Below are positions 1 to 13,266 of a stretch of DNA of 64,000 nt, in pieces. Location of the stretch: assembly GCF_036321535.1 (NCBI RefSeq), contig NC_087437.1, forward strand, positions 46,812,001 through 46,876,000, written 5' to 3'. Position numbers and translations under genes: made by a program. Source of the stretch: Camelus dromedarius (taxonomy: Eukaryota). A model generated the notes under the pieces. The model was given only the letters and a program-made list of their open reading frames with translations. It did not search any database and had not been told where the DNA came from. Position 1 is the stretch's first letter, and each line of letters opens with the position of its first letter.

Positions 1-1330
1 AGCCAGAGCAATTTTGAGAAAGAAGAACGAAGCTGGAGGTGTTATGCTCCCTGCTTGCAAACAGCTCTTGTAGTCAAAACAAGAGAGTACTAGCATAAAA
101 ACAGACACAGGGGTCAATGGACTAGAACAGAGAGCTCAGAAGGAAAGCCACACATATATGGTCAATTAATTTATGACAAAAGAGTCAAGAATATACAATA
201 AGGAAAGAACAGTCTCTTCAATCAATTGTGATGGTAAAACTAGACACTGAACCACTATCGTATACCTTATACAAAAATAACTCAAAATGGATTAAAGACT
301 TGAATGTAAGACCTGAAATTATAAAACTTCTTGAAGAAATCATAGGTAGTAAACTCCTTGAACTTGGTCTTAGAAGTGATTTTTTTGGCTCTGACTCCAA
401 AAACAAAGGCAATAAAAGCAATGGGAGGAAATTTTTATAAATACTATATCTGATCAGGGATTAATAGCTCAAACATATAAAGAATTCATATAACTAACAG
501 CAAAAACAAAAATAAAAAATAATTTGATGAAAAAAATTGGCAAAGAATCTGAATAGACATTTTCCGTAACAAGACATGTGGATGACCAACAGATACACGA
601 ATAGATGCTCAACATCACTAATCATTAGGAAAATTCAAATCAAAACTACAAAGAGCTAGCGCCTATTGGAATGGCTGTAATCAAAAAGACAAACAAGTGT
701 CGGAACCAATGTGGAGGAAAGGAAACCCTCGTGCACTGTTGGTGGGAATGTAAATTTGTGCAGCCACTATAGAAAACAGTACGGAGGTTTCTGAAAAAAT
801 TAAAAATAGAACTACCATATGACCCAGCACTTTCATTTCTGGGGTATTTACCCAAAGAAAATGAAAACATTAATTTGAAAAGATGTATGTTCATTGCAAC
901 ATTATTTATTCACGTTTGTCAAGATACGGAAGCAACTTAAGTGTCCACTGATAGATGAATGGATAAAGAAGATATGACTACTATTCAGTCATAAAAGATA
1001 AAATAAAATCTTGACATTTTCAACAATATGGTTGGATCTTGAGGACATTATTCAGTTATTGAGTGAAATAAGTCAGACAGAGAAAGACAAATACCATATG
1101 ATCTCACTTATATATGGGATCTAAAAAAAATCCAGGACTCATAGATACAGAGAACAGAATCGTGGTTGCTGGAGGTGGGCGTGGAGGGTAGGTGAAGTGG
1201 GTTAAGGGGGTCAAAAGGTACAAACTTATGTTATGAAATAAATAAGTCATGGAAATGTAAGGAACAACACAGTGACTACTTAATAGTTTTACATATTTGA
1301 AAGTTGCTAAGAGAGCAAATCTTAAAAAAG
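1..1330 (+). mobile_element. LINE-1 3' part (end of ORF2 plus 3'UTR), L1MA9-like, degenerate
   Basis: L1 ORF2 C-terminal remnants (KNNSKWIKDLNVRPEIIKLLEE in ORF 228-440), then a 3'UTR ending ...gaaagttgctaagagagcaaatcttaaaa; many stops and frameshifts. Confidence 0.9.
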
Positions 1331-2389
1331 AGAGACAACTGAATTATTCTTATACTCAAATAGCCTTGAGAGATAGATATTTACACAAATAATTATGACA
1401 GAATAGAATGGGGCACAGGAAGAGTAGTGTGGCATGTCCTGGGTGTTACCATCTTTGCTATGTTAAATTAATAACACATATTTTTTTTAATAACACACAT
1501 CTTGATGTTCCACAGCCACAGTGTACTTAGTAAGAAACCCAGTCTGTTTCCCCAAATTCTCTTTCTCCAGATATCCCCGTGAACACCTAGTGTTATTTAT
1601 ATGTATGACCCCAATTCCCATTCAGGTACCCTTTTGATTGAGCCTAAATAATGCTGTTCTCAGTGTCTTGGCCTCTGGAGTGGTAAGCGAGGGTCACTGT
1701 ACATATGATAAGAGCTGCTGCCCATTGCTCTCCAGCCGTTGGGTTCCAGTGCCTACCCTTCCATCCAGCCCTCTGCGCTGTTGGTCATCACTGCTCTGAC
1801 ACTCATGGAATGAAACATTCACTTCTGTTTAATAATCCTGTGCCATCAGTCTCAGTGCCCTCCACATACCATTTCCTATGTTTCTGCTGAATTCCCCCGG
1901 ATTGACAACCACCACACTGTCCATGATACAATTCTTGGACACTAAGAAAATCTCCTTACACTGCTGCTATCTGGAGCTGTGACTTCTCTTGACACAAGAA
2001 AGGCAAATTTCTTACCTCAGGAGGAGCTGTATCAGAGGGGGTTCCCACAGTATGTTGATATGTTGAGCCCCTAGGGATATCATGCTCTTCAGGTATTTTT
2101 AAATGACATCTAAACTTTTTTGTAAATTTAGAGTTGCAAAGAATGTAGTTACTGTTATATGGCAAATGTCAAAATTTTAATATAAAACTGTTTACTTCTG
2201 GTTCTGCTTGTGCTGGAGTTGATTACATTAGATTGAAAAAAACATGAATAATGTTTGTATACCTTGGTTTTTGCCCTATTTGCATTTTCTACTCCAAATA
2301 GAATGCAAAAACAGGACCCAAGCAGAAAGCAGTAGTTTCCTGGGCTGTGGAAAAAGAGGTCTGAGTTAAGAAAGAGAGGTGAAAGAGAA

Positions 2390-4660
2390 TGAGAAATAAG
2401 CAATATTGGCTGAAATTATTCACTTTTAAAAACTAAACAAAGGCATTAAACTACACACATAAGAACTCACTTGAAACTGAATAAATGTGAATAAAATCAA
2501 ACAAGCATGTCAGAGTTAAACTGCATAAAAGAAACAGGCAAAGCGAGAGAGAGAAAAAAAATGTGTATTACCTTAGAGGAGTAACAATAAAACTAAAGGC
2601 TAAGTTTCCAGCAAAGAACATGGAAGCTAGAACAAAATGCAACAGTATCTTTCAAATTCCAGGATTGGGGAAGGGAATGTCAATCTAGAATTTTATTCAA
2701 AGCCTAAAGAGCTTTTCAAATGAAGGCAAAATAAAGACACTGTTACAGAGAATTTGTTGCCAATAAACCTGCACTATCATAAATAGTAAATAAATTAATA
2801 TCAAATGGAGTTCTTTGGGAAGAATGATTATCTGAGATGAAAGCATGAGATTCCAGAAAGGAATGAAGAGTATCAAAAATGAGAAAGTAGGTAGGCAAGT
2901 ATATATCTGCATGGACTGTTTCAAAGCACTCATAAGAAGAGAAGACTTGTTAATTTTAAAACATATGTTAAAGTAAATTAGATAACAAAAATAATAGCTT
3001 AAAAGGCAGAGGCATGGAGTTAAAATGTTACAATGTTCTTATATTCTTTAGGAAGTAGTAAATGTATTTAAAGTAAACTCTGTTATGTGAAGGATGAATA
3101 CTGTAACCTCTGAAGTAATTTCTAAGAAAATACTGAAAGAATACATAAAGAAGACGGTATTAGCGTAGAAAAAAGTGGAATAATAATCCCTGGTTACTTC
3201 AAAAGGCAAGAAAGTATTAATAAGCAAAGAAGATATTAGAAAAATAGAAAACAAGTAACAACATAGCTGTCAGTATATTAAATGTGATAGAATAAAATTC
3301 CAATTAATAAAAAAAATTGTCAGTAAGATAGAAACAAAATATAATTGTGCTGTTATGAAAGCCACAATTGAAATATAATACACACAGCATGGAGTGGCTG
3401 TATTAATATTAGACAAACATCTTTTGACACAAAAATATTACTAGAAATAAAGAGATACATTTCATAATAATAAGCTCAGTAGGAAGATATTACATTCCGT
3501 TATGTATATACACCTAATAACATAGTTTCAAAACATATATAACAATAATTGACAGAACCAAGTGGAGAAATATGCATTTCCACAATCATATGGGACATTT
3601 TAACACACTCTTTTCTGTAACTAGTAGAATAAGAAGGCAAAATATAATTAGAAGAATATCTAAAATTTGAACAAAACTATTAACAAATTTGATATGAATG
3701 ACATATATAGATCACTATACCCAACAAGCAGCCTATTCAAGTGTACATGAAATGTTTACCAAAATAGACCATATACTATGTCATACAGCATGTCAGCAAA
3801 TATAAAAGGCTGAGATTACACAGAGCATGTTCCCTGACCACAGTGAAGGTAAACTAGAAATCCATAACTGAAAGATAGCTTATAAAAAAGATACAGAGCA
3901 GCTCTTGATATCCAGGAACTGGGCTGGCACAGTCGGCCTCAGTGTTAGAGCTGACCTGGTGCTCACAGCGAGGCCACGTGGTTCTCTGGTTGGAAAAAAG
4001 TGATCTCACAGAACACCAACATCAGACAAGATCACTATGAGATTATGATGGAGTGAGACAAAGCAAGACTACTTCATAATTTTGACTAAGTACAGATAAT
4101 ATCAAGGTCAGTGTGCAACTAACAAAATACTAACTTTCCCCACTTCCAGCTAAAATAATGACTAACTGCTGCTCTGTCAATTACAGCTGCAGCCTTTCTC
4201 CAGACTGTCCTATGTGTACATGAGATTTATTGAAATAATCAATAATAAAATCGCTCCTTTTTCTGACAGTACTTAATCTAGAGGAAACCCTGATGTCCTT
4301 GAGTCTTCTCCAAAATTACTCAACTAAACGCTAATCCTCTAAATGGCCCTGTCTAACTAACACCTTCTTACTAAGATGCCCCATGGTTCCCCATGATGTA
4401 AGTTCTCCCTAGCTATAATGAATAATAAACCAAACTTGTTCAACCATGGTTGTTGTGGATCTGGCAGTCTTTGGCTTGGTGACATTGACAGTTGAAATCT
4501 CCAAATCTTTGACAAATAAGCACAATACTTCTTAATAACCCAGGATCAACAAAGAAAATACAATGAATTAGAAGATGTTTTTAAATGATAATAAAAATAA
4601 TACATCAAAATGTTTTTGGATTCAGTTGAACTGTTCTTAGTGTGAAATGTTTAAATGATC
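2390..4660 (+). mobile_element. Ancient LINE-1 fragment (ORF1 end to ORF2 endonuclease region), split by an LTR at ~3881-4490
   Basis: A-rich, with L1-type motifs such as atcaaccagaattttatt-like, tttaccaaaatagaccatat and ttccctgaccacagtgaaggtaaactagaaat; the sequence resumes after the LTR at aaatctccaaat. Confidence 0.8.
3881..4490 (+). mobile_element. Solo LTR, MER77-like (ERVL)
   Basis: Non-L1 block with cagaacaccaacatcagacaag and ccatggttccccatg, AATAAA near 4424, ending ...gacattgaca; resembles the MER77/MER68 family from memory. Confidence 0.7.
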
Positions 4661-6556
4661 AAAATATCTTCTGTTTCTGGAAAGGGATGGGGAAAAATAG
4701 CCATCTGAAATATGTGCAGAGTGTTCTCCATAACAAAGGCTGGCTCTTGGGAGGAGACTCATCTAACCTGGAAGAAGGGCAATTAGTCAACTCCAACCCC
4801 CTTGAGATTTCTTGTTAACATAAAGGGAGGAAAAATAAAAAGGTAAGAAACGCTATTGAAGTTTATAGCCCAGGGACTCAAGCTCAGTGAAAAATATAGA
4901 TTTAATTATAAGACCATAGAATGCTTTTCTTGTACAACACCTTATCACCATATTTACAGTACTTTAGTGTAATAATAGTGGATTACAACCAAGAAAGCTG
5001 CAAGACACAGACTATTTAAGAAAGAGATCTTAGGGAAACCCAGAGACAACAAGGAAGGAGAAAAATAACTCAATAAGGACACTGGAGGGAATGAGAGCCC
5101 CACATGTCTACAGCTACAACAAACATTAAGCACAGCCTAGCTCCTAGGCAGATTAGCATAAACCACACGCTAAACATCTGCTTGCCTCAGTTTCTGTTAT
5201 CCAATACATCATGTCCAGCTTTCAATAAAAACTAAGAGGCAAGAAGAAAATGCAGTCTGGAGAATTGAAGCAAGCATCAGAACCAGAATCAGATATGACA
5301 CAGATTTTGGACTTAAGAGATAAGGGATTTAAAATAACTTGATTAACATATTCAGGGCCTTAACAGAAAAGTAGACAACATGCAAAGCAGATGAGTAATA
5401 TATGCAGAGAGATGGAAGATCTAAGAAAGAATCCAAAGAAAATGCTAGAAATAAAAAAGGAAAACACTGTAACAAAATGAAGAATATTTTTGATGGGCTC
5501 ATAAGTAAACTGGACACAGTCAAGGAAAAAAGGTTTAGCTTAAAGATATGTTAGTAGAATTGCCCAAATGGAAACGCAAAGAGAAAAAGAAAAGAAAACA
5601 AAGGAATAGAATAGCCAAGAATTATGGGACAATTACAAAAGGTATAAAATATGCATAAAGGAATACTGGACGTGGAAGAGAGAAAAAGAGAAAAAATATT
5701 TGAATAATAACAATGGATATTTTTTTCCAAATTCTTTAATAGCAGACTCTACCACAGATCCAAAAAGTTCAGAGAACATGAAGCAGGATAAATTCCCAAA
5801 ACTCTACATCTACACATATCATATCTAATGATAAATATTTAAAGAGTTGGAAAAAAACCTAGAATTCAAAATGGAAGGATAAATAATTTCTCAAATAAAC
5901 AAAAACTGAGGTTATTTGTTGCCAGTAGACCTGCTTTGCAAGACACGCTAAAAGCAGTTCTTCAGAGAGAAGGGAAATAATGTCAGAAATTCAGATCTAT
6001 GTAAAAAAAAAAAAAAGGAAAAAAGTATTAGAATAAATGAAGGTAAATACAATATTTTATTTTTCTTATTCTTAATTGAACTGATAGATAACTGTGTTCA
6101 AAGTAATAGTAGCAATAATCTATTAGATGATTACAGCATATGGATAAGAGACAGGAATAACATGATCATATAAAGGATAGGCGGGAAGAACTGAGAATAC
6201 TTTGTTTTGTTATAAGGTACCTGTCCCATCCATGAAGCAGTATAGTGTTATATGAAAGTGAACACAGATTAGTCATAAATGCATATTGCAAACTCTAAGG
6301 CAACCACTTAAAAATTAAAAATAAAGTATAACTGATACGCTAAAATAGAAGAGAACATGGAATAATGTAAAATTATTAACTGAAATCAGAGAAGTTAGAA
6401 AGAATAGATTAAAAAAAGAGAGAAACAAAGAAACAAAGGGCAATGAATAGAAAACAGTTACAACATGGTAGGTATTAATCCAACTACATCAATCACTCTA
6501 AATGTGAACTTTCTAAATAGTCCAGTTTAAAGACAGATAGCCATAGTGGATCAAAA

Positions 6557-6557
<1 letters not shown>

Positions 6558-6598
<41 letters not shown>

Positions 6599-6599
6599 C
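6558..6599 (+). repeat. (AAC)14 microsatellite
   Basis: Perfect AAC repeat read directly. Confidence 0.97.
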
Positions 6600-8520
6600 C
6601 CAAGACCCAACTATGGGTTGGCTATAAGAAACTCACTTTAAATATAAAAACAAAAATAGGTTAAAAATAAAGGGCTGGAGAAAGATATTCCATGTCAACA
6701 GTAATTTTTTAAAAAGCCACAGTGGCTATATTAATCTCAGACAAGGCAGAATTCAGAATGAGGAAAGTTATCGGGAATCCATAAGGAGATTATATAATGG
6801 TAAGGGGGTCAATTCTCCAAGAAGGTATAATGGTTTTTAATGTGTAGGTGCCTAACAACAGAACATCGAAATAAACGTGGCAAAAACAAACAACTGCACA
6901 TAGAAAGACAAATCCACTCAGAGTCAGAGACTTGAATACCTATTTATGTGTAACTGACTGATTCTTCAGGCAGAAAATCAGTAAGAAAATAGGTGAACTG
7001 AACAGCATCATTAATCAACTAGGGATAATTAGCATTTATAGAATATTACATCCAACCAAAGCAAAATGTATGTTCATCTCAAACTCACAGGAAAGATTCA
7101 GTATGATTGACCACATTCTGGATCATAAAACACACCCTAACAAATTTAAAACAGAAATTATACAAAGTGTGCAGTCGGGCCACAATAGGTAGAAATAAGT
7201 AATGGCAAGATAGTTGGAAATTCCAAAGTAAATACAATTTGAGCAGAAACCAATGAAATTTAAACAAAAAATCAATAGAGAAAAATCAATGAAATCAAAC
7301 GTTGTTTCTTTAAAAAGTTTTTTTTTAAAAAAATCAATAAACCGCTAGCCAGGCTTATCAAGAAAAAAAGAAAGACCAAATTACTAATACCAGAAATGAA
7401 AAGAAGCATCACCACTTATTCCTTGGACATTAAAAGAATAATAAAAGAATATTATGAACTACTCTATGCCCACTGATTTGATAACATAGATGAAGTGGAC
7501 CAATTCTTTAAAAATACACACTACCAAAACTTACATAAGGAGAAGTAGACAAGTTGAGTAGACTTATATCTATTAGCAAAACTGAATTAATAATTAATAA
7601 TCTTTGAAAAATGCATAAAGCTAAGATAATTTCATGAATGAATTCTACTGAACATTTAAGGAAGAATTGATATCAGTTCTCTAAAATCTCTTCCAGAAAA
7701 TAGAGGCAAGGAAAACATTTCCTAACATTCTATAAGACCAGAATTTCACTAACACTAAAATCAGAGAAAGACTGTAAGAAAGGAAAAATGCAGACCAATA
7801 TCGCTCATGAACCTCGATGTAACACTCCTCAACAAAATATTATCAAATCAAATCCAATAATATATAAAAAGAAATGCACAGTATGACCAAGAGAGGTTTA
7901 TTCCAGGTATGCAAGGCCGGTTCAACAGTCAAAAATCAATTAATGTAAACCATCACATCAATTTGTTACAGAAGAAAAATCACGTGATAATACGATAAAG
8001 AAGAAAAATCGTATGATCAATAATCAATAGTTTCAGCAAAAGTCTTTGACAAAATCCAAATCCATTCATTATAAAAACCCTCAGTGAGTTAGGAATGGAA
8101 AAAAATTTCCTCAATTTGATTAAAAAAAAAAACTTGAAAAAGCCTAGAGCTACTTTATACTTTGTGATGAGAAAATAGAAGATTTCTTTCTAAGATTAAG
8201 AACAAGGTAAGGATATCCCCTCTCACCACTTTATTCAACATTGAACTGGAATTCTAGTGAATGCAGTAACACAAGAAAATAAAATAAAAAGTATACAGAT
8301 TGAGAAAGAAAAAAATAAAACTATCTTTGTTTGCAGATGATATAATTATAGAAAATAACAAAGAATCAGCAACAGCAGCAAAACTCCTGCAACTAATAAG
8401 TGATTATAGCAAGCTTGTAGGATACAAGATTAAAAACACAAAAATCAATTACTTTCCTATATGCCAGCAATGAACAGTTGGGAAATTGAAAACACTATAC
8501 CATTTAAATTAGCGTGCATA

Positions 8521-8562
8521 CACACACATACACACACACACAAACACACACACACACACACA
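8521..8562 (+). repeat. Interrupted (CA)n microsatellite
   Basis: Read directly. Confidence 0.95.
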
Positions 8563-10378
8563 CTAGAGAAATACTTAAGTATAAACCTAAAAAATGTATA
8601 GTATTTATATGAGGAAAATTACAAAACTCTAATAAAAGAAATCAAAAAAGATTTAAATAAATGGAGAGACATTCCATGTTCATGGACTAAATATGAATTC
8701 TGTGTGTCCATATTATACATAGTACAAGATGTCAGTTCCCCCCAATGTATAGATTCAATGCAAACTCAATCTGAATCCCAGCAAGTTATTTTGTGGATAT
8801 GGAGAAAAATGATTCTAAGCTTTATATGGAAAGACCAAAGGTCCAGAATATGCAGTGTAATACTGAAGAAGAATAGTGTAGGAAGACAGACACTACCTGA
8901 CTTCAAGACTTAACGCCATACTACAGCACGTAAGGCAGCATGATATTAGAAAAAGAATTGGTAAATAGGTCAATGCAACAGAATAGTGAGCTCAGAAACA
9001 GAGCCACATAAATATAATCAAGTGATCTTTGACAAAGGAGCAAAGGCAATTCAGTGTAAAAGAATGAACTTTTCAAAAAATGGTGCTGGAAAAATTGGAC
9101 ATGAATACAAAAAGAAAATCTCAATAAACCTACAATTTTCACAAAAATTAACTCAAAACGGATTATAGACCTAAATGTAAATTTAAAAACTATAAAACTT
9201 CTAGAACATAACGTAAGAGAAATGATAGTGACAGTGAGTTTGGTGATGAGTTTCTAGATATAATACCAAAAGCCCAATCCATGAAAGAAAATGATAATTT
9301 AGATTTTATTAAAATTTAAAACTTCTCTGTGAAGGACACTGTTATGAGAATAAAAAGACAAACCACAGAATGGGAGAAAATATTTGTAAAACACATATCT
9401 GATAAAGGACTGTTATCTAAAATATAGAAAGAACTGTTAAAACTCAGCAATATAAAAATGAACAACCTGATTAAAAAGCAGGCAAAAGACCTGAACAAAC
9501 ATCTCGCCAAAGAAGATATACAAACAACAAATAAGCATAAGAAAAGATGCTCTGCATCATACATCCTTAGGGAACTGCAAAATAAAACAACAAAGAGATG
9601 CCACTACACAACTGTTAGAAGAGCCAAAATCCAAAGCACTGAAAACACCAGTGAAGATGTGGAGCTGCAGGATCTTAAATTTATCACTGGTGGAACTGCA
9701 GAATGTCAGAGCCACTTTGGAAAGTGGTTTGGCAGTTTCTTACACTGCTAAATACAGGCTTCTCAGATGACCCAGCAGTTGCACTCCTTGGTATCTAGCC
9801 AGAGGAGTTGAAACCTTACGTTCACACAGAAACCTGCACACAAAATTTAACAGTAATTTTATTCATAATTGTCAAGCTTGGAAGCAACCAAGATGTCCTT
9901 CAACAGGTGAATGGATAAATAAACGATGGTACATCATACAATGGATATTATACAGAGACTAAAAAAATATGAACTATGAAGCAATAAAAAGACATGAAGG
10001 AATCTTAAATACTTTGCACTAAGTGAAGAGAAGGCAGCATGAAAATGATACATACCGTATGCTTCCAACTACACAACATTTTTGGAAAAGGTAAAACTAA
10101 TAATAAAAAGATCAGTAGTTTCCAAAAGTCCAGGGAGGAGGTAAATCTGGGAGGAAATAAACAGACAAATTACAGAGGATTTTTAGGGCAGTAAGACTAT
10201 TCTGTATAATTGTAATGGTGGATAAAGTACATTAGGCATTAGTCAAAACTCACAACTGTACAACAAAAAGAGTGAACCTTATTGTAAAATATGAACTTCA
10301 ATTCATAATAATATATCAGTATTGTTCATTAATTGTAATGTGTTACCATACTAGTGCTAGAAGTTAATAATAGAGGCA

Positions 10379-10382
<4 letters not shown>

Positions 10383-10414
<32 letters not shown>
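10383..10414 (+). repeat. (TG)16 microsatellite
   Basis: Read directly. Confidence 0.97.
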
Positions 10415-10417
<3 letters not shown>

Positions 10418-12672
10418 TGGGGGGAGTACATGGGAAATCTCTGTATTATCTGCTTAATTTTTCTGTAAATCTAGAACTCTTCAATAAAGTGTACTAAAAA
10501 ATTGGTAAGGAAATGTCACTCTATAAATGGAGGGAATTATACCTGAAGCAACATAAAGAAGATTTTGATTTAGCAGATAATACAAAAGGTGAAATTCATC
10601 CCAGGAAAAATGCTATATGTTTTTCAATATAGAGAAAATAACGTAACAGCCACTATAAAAATTTATATAAATAGAATTTAAATTAAACATGCTACAGACT
10701 TACTTTACAGAATGGTTTATTTCCAGGTGCTTTTTAACACAGAGCGAAATAATAGTTGCTACGTTACCATGCATTGTTTAATTTTACTACTGAGTTAAAA
10801 TATAAATGCAGTGAGAATGAACATCAATCCATATAAAACACAGTACTCTCTCAAAGTAAATGGTATTTGCTTTTACTGAGTATCAGCTAATAGTCCAATT
10901 CAATGTGGTTATGAAAGAACATAACGTGGTTAGCAGATTTTTCCACCTACTCCAAGAGCCAGACTAAAGTTCCTCATAGAATTGAATTTGGGTATTAGGC
11001 AACAGGAAATGTGGCTGCTGATAACTGAGTTACTTTAAACCCTGAAGCAGTCACTGGGACATTTTGTCCATTAAATTTACCAGATGGCAAAGTAGATATG
11101 CCGTTCACAGCTGCATGCATGAGGATGTGACATCTTCGTCTATATTAATCTCATGGATCACTTGACATGACTCATTCAACCTCTTTCTATTACATGAAAA
11201 GGAGGCTAACTAGCAAGACTTACGATGATTTTTAAATAGATCCACATACTGTCCCTTAAAAGTTTTAGAGGGGAATAGAAATACTCATTCCATTTTACCA
11301 AGTAATTGGACTAACAGAGGTTACATTTTGTGATTTAATTTCCCTCCATAATCATAGTAAGGCAGTCAGTAAGGCAGTCAAAAATGAAATCTACCATAGT
11401 GCTAATATGCCCAGAAAGAGTATGTTTGATGCATGCATTCCTGACAAGAGTTTTTATCTTCAGTGGCAGTAGACAAGATATTAAAACTGATCATTGAAAT
11501 TGAATTTCTGGAAAATGCATTGGCTGGAATTTTTCAGAATTCCCAGGAGAAAAAAAAATACTTTGAAAGAGCTTAATAATTTATTTTTGAACTCTATAAT
11601 CATGAGCCAACAATAAATCAGGAAATCTGCTCAACCATCTGTGTCCGACCTTTAAGTTTCAGTTGTTAAGAAATTGTGTGCTGTGATGAACATCCAAGGT
11701 TATAGGACAAAGTTGTGATAGGCATATCCAGTGAGGCAATATGACCAACTCCAACAAAAATAAAAGACATCTAACTAGAGTTAATAAGACAGCAATGGAT
11801 AAGATAAAACACAAGTATTGAGGCTTGGTATATATGAAATAGCGTAGCACACAACTCAAGCCTTAAACAAAAGGAGAAACGTTTGACGATCAAGAAATTG
11901 GAACGGCCCATTGACAACCTGACGGATTCAATGAACCCTGAAGCAAAACTTGAAAACTCTAGTCTGAAAACTGGGAGCTGGGTTCTCAAATTTGAAGAGC
12001 CATGCATAAAAAGGAAAAAAAAAAAAAAAAGAACCCTAAATTGTATATAGACTTGCCCTGAGAGATAAGGCCTGAAGATCTGTGTCATGCTCAAAGGCAT
12101 CTTCTCTTTCTATGCAGATTAGGTTGCACTTTAAAGATATTTAAGCCTCTTAAACAGAAATTGCTTGATCCCTAAAAAAGACGTTTAGGTGATGAGTAAC
12201 TCAGCATAGCCCTACAAGCCCTTTTTTTAAAAAATTACATTTGCCTGTTTACATAGTCTCTTTCTGATGTCTGTTGCCACAAATCCAAAAGGCAAAAATT
12301 TTCGTTTACTTTCACCTTCAAAATTTGACGTATTGGAGGGCAATCCAGGGCAATATTTAAATTTTAAATAGGAAGAGAGCTCACACTCTAATACACAGAG
12401 GGAAATAAGTGGTGAAGTAACACTTAGAGGCTTGTAAATGGCAAATGTGTCTGAAGTGGGCAGAGCATGCTGCTTTCATATCCTCGGAAAGAAATAAAAC
12501 TGTGCCAACAAAAATAGCACTGAGAATGCCTGAAGGGTGGAAGCTCTGGTATTAGTAAGAGCATTCTGCTGCCCATTAAGCAAGTACCAATTAGACTCAT
12601 GGAATCTAAAAGCTGAAAGAGGGTATAAACATGATCTCACCAGTTAATCCCAATGTTCGTGAGAATAATGAC

Positions 12673-12935
12673 TGTGAGAGACAATTTCCAAAAATGCTCT
12701 CCTCCCCAGTAAACTGTGCCTCCTGGAATTCACATCCTTGTGTAGTCCCCTCCCGCAAACTGGATGTGAGTATCTAGCCCAGCTGCTTCAGCGGATGCCA
12801 CTAGGATCAGACACACTACCAAGCTGAGCCCTTCTTGAATATCTGATCCACAAAATCACCAGTCATAAAAGATGGTTGTTTTAAGCTAGTAGATTTTGAA
12901 GAGGTTTGTTTTGCAGCAAAAATAACCAGATCAAC
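12673..12935 (+). mobile_element. MaLR solo LTR (MLT1 family), internally deleted
   Basis: 5' tgtg...tgcctcctggaattcacatccttgtgtagtcccctccc and 3' ggttgttttaagct...gtttgttttgcagcaaaaataaccagatca are typical MLT1 ends. Confidence 0.75.
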
Positions 12936-13069
12936 AACTTTTCTAAGTTCAAAATATACCTTGCAGGCTTGCATGATCATTGTATTTGTAATGCTCATTC
13001 ACAGAAAAAGATACATAATGATAAGAAGAAATGCTTTTTAAAAATTCTAGTAATAATAATTGCGACAAC

Positions 13070-13266
13070 TGTAATGGCTAACCTTTGATTAATATTGTTT
13101 ATTTGCAAAGTGCTCTTCCAAGAGCTTTACTTAATGAAGCTGTTTAATAGTCATAGTCTACCTATAAAGAAAGTATTTGTTATTAACATCCCCATCTTAT
13201 AGATGAGGAAACTGGGGCACAGAATAAGATTAAATAACTTCTCCCACTGTCATCTAGCTAGTAAGG
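13070..13266 (-). mobile_element. MIR SINE
   Basis: Core ccccatcttatagatgaggaaactggggcacaga. Confidence 0.85.

Larger units (their letters stand above)
4665..10500 (+). mobile_element. Long degenerate LINE-1 (5'UTR part, ORF1, ORF2, 3'UTR), L1MC2-like
   Basis: Colinear ORF1/ORF2 remnants (RT-region ttattccaggtatgcaagg, tttgcagatgatat; ORFs 8704, 8986 and 9458 are L1 peptides); L1MC-type 3' end with AATAAA near 10483. Confidence 0.9.

Noticed and set aside
2011..2110. Minus-strand GAG/GTAAG donor near 2016
   Set aside because: No convincing acceptor and no recognisable peptide.
8704..9751. ORFs with L1 ORF2-like peptides
   Set aside because: Fragments of a dead L1 with many stops and frameshifts.
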